Of a stretch of 64,000 nt of DNA, positions 53,521 through 64,000 are shown one piece after another. The notes beneath the pieces were generated by a model, which was not told where the DNA came from, made no database searches, and was given only the letters and a program-made list of their open reading frames with translations. This DNA is from Octopus sinensis. Lineage: Eukaryota. Every line of letters starts with the position of its first letter. Within the stretch, counting starts at the first letter, position 1. The DNA is taken from NCBI RefSeq assembly GCF_006345805.1, contig NC_043010.1, positions 30,752,001 to 30,816,000 on the forward strand, read 5' to 3'. Both the position numbers and the translations under genes were made by a program.

Positions 53521-53732
53521 GAGACAGAGAGCATGGTTAGTGTCGTGGATAAGGAAGGGGAGGGGAGGGAAGACATTAGGGGCGCAAGGACACGGTCGAG
53601 GTATTTAGAGATCATGGTATTTAGAGGTATTTAGAGATCATGGTATTTAGAGGTATTTAGAGATCATGGAAAAAAAATGTACAATTACATATGTAATTTG
53701 TTTCCATGTATTCTGTATTGCGTGTAAAAAAA

Positions 53733-53814
53733 CATCCTGATGAGGGGAGTGTCAGTTTCGAATATATGAAATGTATCATATTAATTGGCGCGTTTCCGAA
53801 ACGCCCCGTAGATG
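53733..53814 (+). ncRNA. Type I hammerhead ribozyme, copy A
   Basis: catc-CTGATGA-gggga...tttcc-GAAAC-gcccc-GTA-gatg. Predicted cut after 53810. Confidence 0.8.
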
Positions 53815-54158
53815 AACAATTTTGTAATCTTGTATATTTATTTTTTCTGTATTTTTTCTGGAATTTTAATACGGCATTTTAATATGTCCTTGTATGTTTT
53901 ATTATCCCAAATGTTTAATGGTTTTAAGCGTAAATTCAATGTGTTTTGTATGCAACACTGATTCTTATATATTCATATATATAATATGATGTATATTCAT
54001 TCATATATTATTATATTTTTAAACATCTGTTCTGTAGATATAAATGAATATATGTATGTGTTTGATCTTTCTGTGTGGATTTTAGTAATGTTCCTTTAGT
54101 TACTGCTCACATTGCCTCCGCTCAGATTAATAAGTGGTATATATATATATATACATAC

Positions 54159-54244
<86 letters not shown>

Positions 54245-55063
54245 AAGAAATATTGAGATTCAGTTGAATTAGGTACTTAAGTTGAAGCACCAAGTCAGTC
54301 CAGTATTATCTGCACAGCTCGAAGTAAGGTGAATAAAATCAAAATAAGCAACAGGATATCAAGAAGTGATGCAGTAAGACTGTTTCAAGCAAAAGCATTT
54401 AATTGAACAATGAAATAATCAGCCTCACAAATAAATAAAATTTTAATCAGTTGGACACATTATTATATAATTTTTCTCAAATACTTTAACAGAGCAAGAA
54501 GATGGAAAAAACCCATGTTGTCGCTATTGTAGCTAATGTGATTTTATATATATATATTATATATATAGGAAAATTTGTTGTTGAAAATGCACCTGAATTT
54601 TAATAATTTCTAATTGCTTTTATATAATTTTATTTACTTACATATCAAACTAGTTTCAACAATAGTTTTTGTTTGTGAGCGGTAAAAATTTTAAATTGCG
54701 AAGTAGAAAAACATGTTTAAAAGATTCTATATTTACAAGATACATTAATATCAAATAGATAAGTTTCAAAACATTGATGACCAAGTCATAAAAGCAAAGT
54801 TTGAAGGAAATGTTGATCATTTCCTTTGACTTCTAGATAGAAGCAAATAGAAAAAAAAGGGAGAGGAATTTGTGACACTGTATTGTAATACAAGGAGATG
54901 CAATGAACAGGCCTCAATCAAAATTACTACAATTGTTTCTGTATCAGCTGTGGACCTGAAAATATTCAGACGAGTGGTTTTGAGAGCAATACTCCCGAAC
55001 CCTCACACCTGAAGACTTGCAGGTACGTATATGTGTGCATATATATACATACATATATATATA

Positions 55064-55134
<71 letters not shown>

Positions 55135-58110
55135 TAGGTTGGTGCAAAACAGGGGGCAAAAATTGTTGTTTTTTTTTAATTTTCAGGGAGACACCCTCCT
55201 ATTTTATTCATATTCCTAAAAGAAGCATTGTATGCGAAATTTGGGGTTGAAAGAGAAAATTAGAGGTTGCTACCAAGCTTTAAAAATAAATGTATATCAG
55301 TTTGTGCTCAAAAATATTGTTTTGTTAATATTTTCGCCTGGTTTAATAAGTACCTAGTTAACCTAGTTCGAAGAAAAACGATGACATTTTAGGCTTAGTA
55401 CGTAGTGAGGTACAGTGTATTGGGCGTGAATTTTTTTATGTGGAAGTTTCCTCAGGGCGTCTCATAACCACTTATGTAATTTTATTTTTGTTTTTTGTTA
55501 AGCAAGAGTAATATTCTCTTGTTTTTGTTTACGAGTGATGACCTGTCACTTTTAACAATTTGAAGAAGGTATTGTTTCTGCTCTCCATCATTGGTTATCA
55601 GTTTGTTGTATTCCACCATCAGTCGTACACCTCTTTCCGTAATGTCGTTTACTTACTACTGAGTCCATATGCGATATCTCTTGCATCCGCATAACTTTCA
55701 TCATCATTCCATTCTTCAGCATCTTTTTCAGGAAAAGTGCAAGGCACCTCTAGGATTTCAAAGAATCTTTTTGTGCTGGCAGTAACGAAATCCTGCAGTT
55801 GCTTCTCCCCAGCTGATTCAAGATTTAGTGATGCTCGTTTACTCGGTTTTGAGTCAACGGGTTTCTGCACAGCATGTTTCATTTTGCTTTTTGTCTCATG
55901 CGAAACAGCTGAATCAAAGAATGCAAGCGTCACAAGCTCCTCAGTAAGGTACTACAAATGTCTCAAAAACGTATTGAGTGCTGTTCATCAAGTTGAGCTT
56001 GAGCAAATTAAATGATTTCTTCAGCATCTGAGATTTTCTCTGCAATGTTTAGGTCATCTGTTGTTGTTTGTTAATTGTTCTTGTCAATTTCCAACCACTT
56101 TGCTTTGAATCTCTTGAACAGTTGTATGTCAGGGCCAGTAGAAGATGGCAAGGAGACAGAAACTGCAGCTTTTAACACAATTTCGAAAATATGATGTCGG
56201 CAAGCCAGCCACAGCATATCTTTATCCAATCTTTGCTCTAGTAACATACAAACATACTCTTCAAACCTGTGTTGGAGGCAGTGGTGTCAAAACACATGCC
56301 CTTCACTTGGTCAAATATATTCCACTCCAGTACTGACTGATGGACAGCATCTGCATTGTTTTGATCAGTTCCTCTGGCAAGTTTGGGAATACCAAGGTGA
56401 TCAACTCCTTGGCCGGAAATTGGAACTGGCAGTCGTTCAACATTTTCATGACCAGTAATATCTTTTATTAGTTTGCCGTCCCGCTGTATTTCGAAAGGGC
56501 AATTTGTTTCAAAATCCTGCTTCAAATTTTCTGCCTTTGTCTTTCGGTTCCTTTGTCTTGCTCTCCGTTTCGATAAATAACTGTATTCTTCTGGGTCTTG
56601 CTCAAGAGTATTGATTGTTGGCATCAAGATTGTCGAAGCAGCCCTATCACTTACTTTTGCAGCATCAAGAGATACAAACATTGAAGAATCCACAAGCTTT
56701 GCACTCTTAGACTTTGATCTACTTTGTCTCGAAGTTGATGGCTGCTGAGGGTCAGCAACAAATTCTTCTTCTGATGATGAACTATCTTGATTCAAACTTG
56801 TAGGACTTGAGCTTGAGATCACTGCTGTTTCGAAAACGGCTTTCCCTCTTTCTTTTCTTTTCAAGCAATCTTTCCTTTTCTCTAACAATCTCTTCTATTC
56901 GTGAAAAAACTTTATCCCCTCCAGCCATTTTGCCCTTTTTTTCTTTTTTTCGTTGAAGCTTCAAAAACTCACGATTTTCATGTATTTTTGTCATGTCAAG
57001 AGCACTTGTATGCGCACTGTCAAACAGATCTTCCAAGTCGTTTGCCCAGCTTTCTTGTTTTTGAAGTATTGTAGGTGATTGCTTCTTAGTATTTCTGTTC
57101 TTCTTTAGTTTCTCCCACTCGTTGATAACCTTCTTTACTCTCTCCACGGCATGACATTTCAACATTGTTTGGATGCGTGCCTATTCCCACACCTTCATAA
57201 CATCTCTCACAGCCAACAAAGCCGCTGTTTTCACCTGTTGCTTTTTGTTGTTCTTGTAGTTCATAAACAATGCTAATGTTTCCCACTTAGATGGAACCTG
57301 GGTTTCTCTGAAGGACTCTATAGGATGTCCTGCGAGCTAAACATCTATTTTGTGACGCGTATGCAACTCCATGAATGCAACTCGGCATCAGCTATAGTTC
57401 TATACAAGCATTCTCAGCCGCAATTACACTGACGCGGCCTCCACAGTGGCGTCACAGCAAAGAAATGATTCTAGAATGTTCGGCCACGGCGTCTATAGCA
57501 ATAAAAGGGATGAGAAGGTTTACGGAAAGGAGTTCAGAGTCTGTTATGACTGCTGTATGTTGCTGACCACCATTTTTGCTGAAATCTACAATCAGTCCCA
57601 CTGCGTGGTACCTTGGGTAAGTGTATTCTACTATAGTCTCGGGCCGACCAAAGCCTTGTGAGTGGATTTGGTAGACGGAAACTGAAAGAAGCTCGTCGTA
57701 TATATGTATAAATATATATGCGTATGTGTATTTGTCCCCCTAGCATTGCTTGACAACCGATGCTGGTGTGTTTAGGTCCCCATTACTTAGCGGTTCGGCA
57801 AAAGAGACCGATAGGATAAGTACTGGGCTTACAAAAGAATAAGTCCCGGGGTCGAGTTGCTGGACTAAAGGCGGTGTTCCAGCATGGCCGCAGTCAAATG
57901 ACTGAAACAAGTAAAAGAGTAAAAGAGTATAAATGTACAATAAATACAAACTGAAAAATATCAATATAGAAGTGCTCAGTGGATGGTAGCGACCTCTAAA
58001 ATATCTTCAATTGTGCTCAAATTTTGCATGTTGAGATTTTGCACATAATTAAATAAAATTAGAGAGTATCTTCAAGTTTTTGAAATGATAAGTTATTTTG
58101 CACCACCCTA
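55135..58110 (-). mobile_element. DNA transposon with TAGG(G/T)TGG TIRs (hATm-like, tentative), longer copy with transposase remnants
   Basis: taggttggtgcaaaa / ttttgcaccacccta. Transposase SLDAAKVSDRAAS...RDGKLIKDITG...VERLPV...LGIPKL...KGMCFDTTASNTG (WDGK/FDTTxSNTG family). Frameshifted. Confidence 0.8.
57593..57927 (+). mobile_element. Young 5'-truncated SINE family A insertion, present only in copy B
   Basis: The empty site ctacaa|tataaatg is intact in copy A (near 50586-50598). The insert ends gtaaaagagtaaaagag. Confidence 0.92.
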
Positions 58111-58648
58111 ATATATATATTGCTCGGTCGTTCGTTATGTTGCTTGACTGGTTTTCCATTTGTCGCAAAAAGAAGTTCATATTTCATGTATTTGTATTTC
58201 GTATCTCATGTTTTCATTTTTTATGTTGTTTGCGTTCCGTGGCGTCCTGTGCCCATATATGCATATGTGTATACGTATATATGTATGTACATATCCCTAT
58301 GTATATATGCATATATATATATATATATATATAGACCCATGCATACATTCAGGTAGTGGTATAAACCTCATTAAGGGATAATAAATCCAATGAAAATACT
58401 GGTTAGTTACCAATCCAGAGAAAGTTCAGCTATAAGGTAACCGTATAAACTGTGGTTCATATATTTACAAATTTAAAGAATAAGAAGAAAATTGAGAGGT
58501 AATTAATAAAATATTATTTATTATAAAATATGACAATATCTCTGGCAGCTGTTTCAATTCAGTAATCTTTAGATAATTAATTTATAAATTGAAAATTATT
58601 ATAGGATGAATCTCTTCTGAGGTAGTAAAGACATAGCGATTAGAAATA

Positions 58649-59907
58649 CAGGGATTGGAAAAAGTAAAGGAAACACCTTAAAATTTCAAATAAATTCATT
58701 CTTATATGGGGTAGGACCACCTTTGGTAGTAATAACAGTTTGAATACTACGAGGTATGGACTCGTACAAAGTTTGAATTATTTCCAAAGGAATTTTTGTC
58801 CATTCTTCAGCTAAAACAGTATTTAGGTCTTGTAGTGATGATGGAGGAGGATATCGACTCTTTATTTGCTTTTTCTAAAATGCACCATAAATGTTCAATA
58901 ATACTGAGATCTGGGGACTGCGATGGCCAAATAAGATGTTCAACTTCACTAGAATGTTCCTCGTGCTATTCAGTAACAACTTTAGCTGTGTGAATTGGTG
59001 CATTATCATCCTGAAAGATTGCGTTTCCCTCCGGAAACAGTTCTGCAAACATAGGATGAATTTGATCAGATAAAATGCTTAAATAGTCTTGACTATTAAT
59101 TCTGCCAAGAAGGGAAACCATTGGGTCGGCAGATTTCCAAGATATAGCCCTCCAGATCAGCATAGATTTTCCTCCATATTTAAGAGTTGGAAGAAAGCAA
59201 TCTGGGTCGAATGCTTATTTTGGCTATCTCCACTCGTACACACGGCCGGTGGTCGGAAATAAGGTAAAGGATGACCCGTCCGTCCATGAAAATAACATTC
59301 TTCCAATTCTGTAGGTTTTTACTTCACTCTAAACGCATTGCAACGTTTGTTTTTGAAAGTAATGGTTTTCTGATTGCAGCCCTCACGTGAAATCCGGCTT
59401 TGTGCAGCTCCCGGCGAACAGCTTTTGTGGAAACTGGGTTCTCAACATGGTCATTAAGCTCTGCAGTAATTTTAGGAACAATACTTTTGTGATCCTTTCT
59501 AATAATTCGCGTAAGAGTCCGACGGTCCCTATCTGAAAGTTTTGATTTTTTTCCGGAGTTTCGTTTCGATGAGGTTTTTCCCTCTTTCTCAAAGGCTGTC
59601 ATTACTTTCGAGACAGTACTTCTTGATACACCAAACATTTCGGCTGTTTTCGTGACGTTAGCGCCTGCCATTCGAGCACCAACAATTTGACCCTTTTGAA
59701 AGTCCGATAGATCTGTCATTTTAATGAATTTTAATTACCTTTCTCTGATGATATCTGAAAAGAAACAGCAATTTTAGCAAAACATATTAAGTAACACTAA
59801 TAATAAAAAAAGAACATAAAATAAAATAAGCTTTTGATAGTTTTATAGATATTTCACAATTATGATGCTATGATGCTAGGTGTTTCCATTATTTTATCTA
59901 ACCCCTG
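58649..59907 (-). mobile_element. Tc1 transposon, copy B, defective
   Basis: TA-flanked TIRs as in copy A. ORF 59324..59719 encodes the paired-like HTH and stops at RLE*. Confidence 0.92.
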
Positions 59908-60639
59908 TACATGTTGAGATAACGGCTATAAACCGTTAACTGATAGCATATATACAAAAAGAGCCGGTTGTAGAAGAACTCAATCCAAAATATGGGAAGA
60001 AGCTAGTGCATATTTTGTGTCTTAAAGAAAGAAAAGAAGAGATTAATATAATACTATAGGGTATTGAGAAGGAGAAAAAGGAAAAGAAAAGGAAGAAATA
60101 CGCATGTTTATATAAATATATAATAATGCCATATAATATCATACTGATCTATAATACTGCAATACAAAGAATTTTAAGTTATAGGATTTAAGTTGAGTAG
60201 AAGCAAACCGTGGCAATTATATATTAACTGAAGTTACAAGAAATGAATAAATAATTTCTAAATATAATAATAATAATAACTGAATGTTTATGTTTATAAT
60301 AATAATGAAGTAAAATTTAATCTAAATAAATAAATAAGTAGCAAATCTAGAATAAGATAGAAAGGGAAAATATCAAAATACATAATATATCCTTATATCC
60401 CTTAAGAAAATTTAGTTCAAGCCTTTAAAGTAAAAAGCGACAATGATAAACTATTGGATAGGAAAAAAAATTAAAATTTCAGACATACAGCGTTCCGTTA
60501 GAGAAACAGGAAGTAAGTATGCTAAGAAACATGCTTAAGGGGACAAAAGAATTATTAGGAAAATAAACATTATGTAAGAGGAAATTCTTATATATAAATA
60601 AAACTGAAAATAAAATAAAATAAATGACAAAGAATTATG

Positions 60640-60850
60640 TTGGTAAAAATCCACCGCGAAAGAGAAGCAGTTGAGGGAGAGAACAAGTTCGGCCACACGA
60701 AGAGTGAAGGTGTCATGTTAGGGATTGGGTTGAAGGCCCAGAAAGTGTTTATGAGCAAGAAGTCCTTCGTTGTGTGGGATCACCTTATATAGACTCAAGA
60801 TATCAAGAGTGAAGAGAAGTTTAGAGGGGTCAGTCGGGAAGGAGAAACAA
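60640..60850 (-). mobile_element. Penelope-like RT fragment, copy B
   Basis: Duplicate of 53300-53520. Confidence 0.7.
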
Positions 60851-61038
60851 TAAAAGAGACAGAGAGCATGGTTAGTGTCGTGGATAAGGAAGGGGAGGGG
60901 AGGGAAGACATTAGGGACGCAAGGACACGGTCGAGGTATTTAGAGATCATGGTATTTAGAGGTATTTAGAGATCATGGAAAAAAATGTACAATTACATAT
61001 GTAATTTGTTTCCATGTATTCTGTATTGTGTGTAAAAA

Positions 61039-61116
61039 CATCCTGATGAGGGGAGTGTCAGTTTCGAATATATGAAATGTTTCATATTAATTGGCGCGTT
61101 TCCGAAACAGTAGATG
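61039..61116 (+). ncRNA. Type I hammerhead ribozyme, copy B (stem-III loop reduced to 1 nt)
   Basis: catc-CTGATGA-gggga...tttcc-GAAAC-a-GTA-gatg. Confidence 0.65.
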
Positions 61117-61455
61117 AACAGTTTTGTAATCTTGTATATTTATTTTTTCTGTATTTTTCCTGGAATTTTAATACGGCATTTTAATATGTCCTTGTATGTT
61201 TTATTATCCCAAATGTTTAATGGTTTTAAGCGTAAATTCAATGTGTTTTGTATGCAACACTGATTCTTATATATTCATATATATAATATGATGTATATTC
61301 ATTCATATATTATTATATTTTTAAACATCTGTTCTGTAGATATAAATGAATATATGTATGTGTTTGATCTTTTTGTGTGGATTTTAGTAATGTTCCTTTA
61401 GTTACTGCTCACATTGCCTCCGCTCAGATTAATAAGTGGTATATATATATATATA

Positions 61456-63814
61456 TTCACATCCGTCTTGTGCGTTCACATTCCTGTCTTCTACCAAGAA
61501 ATCTAATGCTTACAGCTTAGTTTTTTTTCTTGGGGCTGGCCGAGTTGGAGCAAATATCAGAATTGAACAGCCGAAATTTGCTATGATGATTCGGTGTCTG
61601 ACTGAAGATTGAAGGCTTCGAATGATTTGTCTGTGTTCCGTGTTCGTCCCTTCCTGTATTTCACGTTCATTATATATAAAAACATTCATTCTTATATTAT
61701 TGCGGCGTTACGTGCACCCCCCCGTTTGTTTGTCCAATTTTAAACCCTGCACGACTTCTATACACACTGTCTTTTACTACCCGCCATTGCTTCTTCACCA
61801 AACTTTTTGGCGCCCTCCGATTCTTCCCCCTCTTCCTCCCCTCTTCCTCCCATCCTCCTTAATCCCTTCTTTCTCCTTTTCTCTTGGTCACTGATTCTGT
61901 CCCCTGCTTCCAGCCTCTTTGATTCCCTCTCTCTCTGTCTCTCTTTCTCTCTCTCCTGCGACCTGCTGCTTCTAAACCATTCTGTTGGCCTTCGTATCTC
62001 GACCAACATGTGTCCCCGCTACCGAAACGGTAATTATTTCTACGCCAGCTATGTTTGTTGTGTTTTTGTCTCATTTGGTCTAAAGTCGTATGACAACCAC
62101 CGTTATATATGTTTTTGTTTATTCATTACTGTTTTCAATTTCGTTTTCGTCTCTTGTATTCACATCCGTCTTGTGCGTTCACATTCCTGTCTTCTACCAA
62201 GAAATCTAATGCTTACAGCTTAGTTTTTTTTCTTGGGGCTGGCCGAGTTGGAGCAAATATCAGAATTGAACAGCCGAAATTTGCTATGATGATTCGGTGT
62301 CTGACTGAAGATTGAAGGCTTCGAATGATTTGTCTGTGTTCCGTGTTCGTCCCTTCCTGTATTTCACGTTCATTATATATAAAAACATTCATTCTATATT
62401 ATTGCGGCGTTACGTGCACCCCCCCGTTTGTTTGTCCAATTTTAAACCCTGCACGACTTCTATACACACTGTCTTTTACTACCCGCCATTGCTTCTTCAC
62501 CAAACTTTTTGGCGCCCTCCGATTCTTCCCCTCTCTTCCTCCCCTCTTCCTCCCATCCTCCTTAATCCCTTCTTTCTCCTTTTCTCTTGGTCACTGATTC
62601 TGTCCCCTGCCTTCCAGCCTCTTTGATTCCTCTCTCTCTCGTCCTCTTTCTCTCTCTCCTGCGACCTGCTTCTTTTAAACCATTCTGTTGGCCTTCGTAT
62701 CTCGACCAACATGTGTCCCCGCTACCGAAACGGTAATTATTTCTACGCCAGCTATGTTGTTGTTGTGTTTTTGTCTCATTTGGTCTAAAGTCGTATGACA
62801 ACCACCGTTATATATGTTTTGTTTATTCATTACTGTTTTCAATTTCGTTTTCGTCTCTTGTATTCACATCCGTCTTGTGCGTTCACATTCCTGTCTTCTA
62901 CCAAGAAATCTAATGCTTACAGCTTAGTTTTTTTTCTTGGGGCTGGCCGAGTTGGAGCAAATATCAGAATTGAACAGCCGAAATTTGCTATGATGATTCG
63001 GTGTCTGACTGAAGATTGAAGGCTTCGAATGATTTGTCTGTGTTCCGTGTTCGTCCCTTCCTGTATTTCACGTTCATTATATATAAAACATTCATTCTTA
63101 TATTATTGCGGCGTTACGTGCACCCCCCCCCCGTTTGTTTGTCCAATTTTAAACCCTGCACGACTTCTATACACACTGTCTTTTACTACCCGCCATTGCT
63201 TCTTCACCAAACTTTTTGGCGCCCCCTCCGATTCTTCCCCTCTCTTCCCCCCTCTCTTCCTCCCATCCTCCTTAATCCCTTCTTTCTCCTTTTCTCTTGG
63301 TCACTGATTCTGTCCCCTGCCTTCCACCTCTTTGATTCCCTCTCTCTCTGTCTCTCTTTCTCTCTCTCCTGCGACCTGCTGCTTCTTAAACCATTCTGTT
63401 GGCCTTCGTATCTCGACCAACATGTGTCCCCGCTACCGAAACGGTAATTATTTCTACGCCAGCTATGTTGTTGTTGTGTTTTTGTCTCATTTGGTCTAAA
63501 GTCGTATGACAACCACCGTTATATATGTTTTGTTTATTCATTACTGTTTTCAATTTCGTTTTCGTCTCTTGTATTCACATCCGTCTTGTGCGTTCACATT
63601 CCTGTCTTCTACCAAGAAATCTAATGCTTACAGCTTAGTTTTTTTTCTTGGGGCTGGCCGAGTTGGAGCAAATATCAGAATTGAACAGCCGAAATTTGCT
63701 ATGATGATTCGGTGTCTGACTGAAGATTGAAGGCTTCGAATGATTTGTCTGTGTTCCGTGTTCGTCCCTTCCTGTATTTCACGTTCATTATATATAAAAA
63801 CATTCATTCTTATA
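61456..63814 (+). repeat. Tandem array of a ~705-bp non-coding unit x 3.3, inserted in a (TA)n tract
   Basis: Unit starts ttcacatccgtc at 61456, 62159, 62863 and 63574 (periods 703, 704, 711). The last copy is partial (~240 bp). The array is absent from copy A. Confidence 0.95.
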
Positions 63815-63847
63815 CATCATATATATAGTATATATATATATATATAT

Positions 63848-63888
<41 letters not shown>

Positions 63889-64000
63889 TATATATATGTA
63901 TAAGAAATATTGAGATTCAGTTGAATTAGGTACTTAAGTTGAAGCACCAAGTCAGTCCAGTATTATCTGCGCAGCTCGAAGTAAGGTGAATAAAATCAAA

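Larger units (their letters stand above)
49010..54345 (+). repeat. Tandem segmental duplication, copy A
   Basis: Same order of blocks as 54755-64000. Paired ORFs include 51449/58796, 52165/59324 and 52603/59936. Confidence 0.93.
54755..64000 (+). repeat. Tandem segmental duplication, copy B (with extra SINE and tandem array; runs off the window)
   Basis: 54755-55480 matches 49010-49700; 57930-61450 matches 50590-54140; 63895-64000 matches 54237-54345. Confidence 0.93.

Noticed and set aside
61590-61640. Canonical HHR in the 705-bp array unit
   Set aside because: It has CTGAAGA but GAAT instead of GAAA and no pairing stem I. Kept only as an open question in the findings.
61456-63814. CRISPR array or protein-coding repeat
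   Set aside because: The units are ~705 bp with no unique spacers, the context is eukaryotic, and the ORFs are frameshifted between units.

Overview
Eukaryotic, very AT-rich and microsatellite-rich DNA. It looks like an octopus (coleoid cephalopod) genome; this is an inference from the SINE families, the (TA)n density and the C2H2 gene. One host gene is supported: an 8-finger C2H2 zinc-finger gene (main exon 6999-7724, +) with a candidate 31-nt upstream exon (6362-6392). The rest is a graveyard of transposable elements: two tRNA-derived SINE families, RTE and CR1-like LINE remnants, a Gypsy gag-protease relic, a probable solo LTR, Tigger, mariner, Tc1, hAT and Merlin DNA transposons, Helitron-like ends, and many Penelope-like (PLE) pieces. 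The signal not visible in the ORF track is a cluster of type I hammerhead ribozyme (HHR) motifs. Seven have an intact catalytic core (near 25.0, 27.4, 32.5, 33.7, 40.0, 53.7 and 61.0 kb) and four more are degenerate. They lie in PLE 3' regions or in short non-coding pLTR/retrozyme-like units. They share long stem-II inserts (44-66 nt) and short, often self-complementary stem-III loops. One degenerate copy is fused to a tRNA-like Pol III head. The window is also rich in fold-back structures: palindromes, a Merlin element whose left arm is an inverted copy of its own transposase 3' half, and a 747-bp inverted duplication. It ends in a tandem segmental duplication (about 49.0-54.3 kb versus 54.8-64 kb) whose second copy gained a SINE and a ~705-bp x 3.3 tandem array. 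No rRNA, bona fide tRNA gene or CRISPR array is supported. All alignments and folds were done by eye, and identities are visual estimates.
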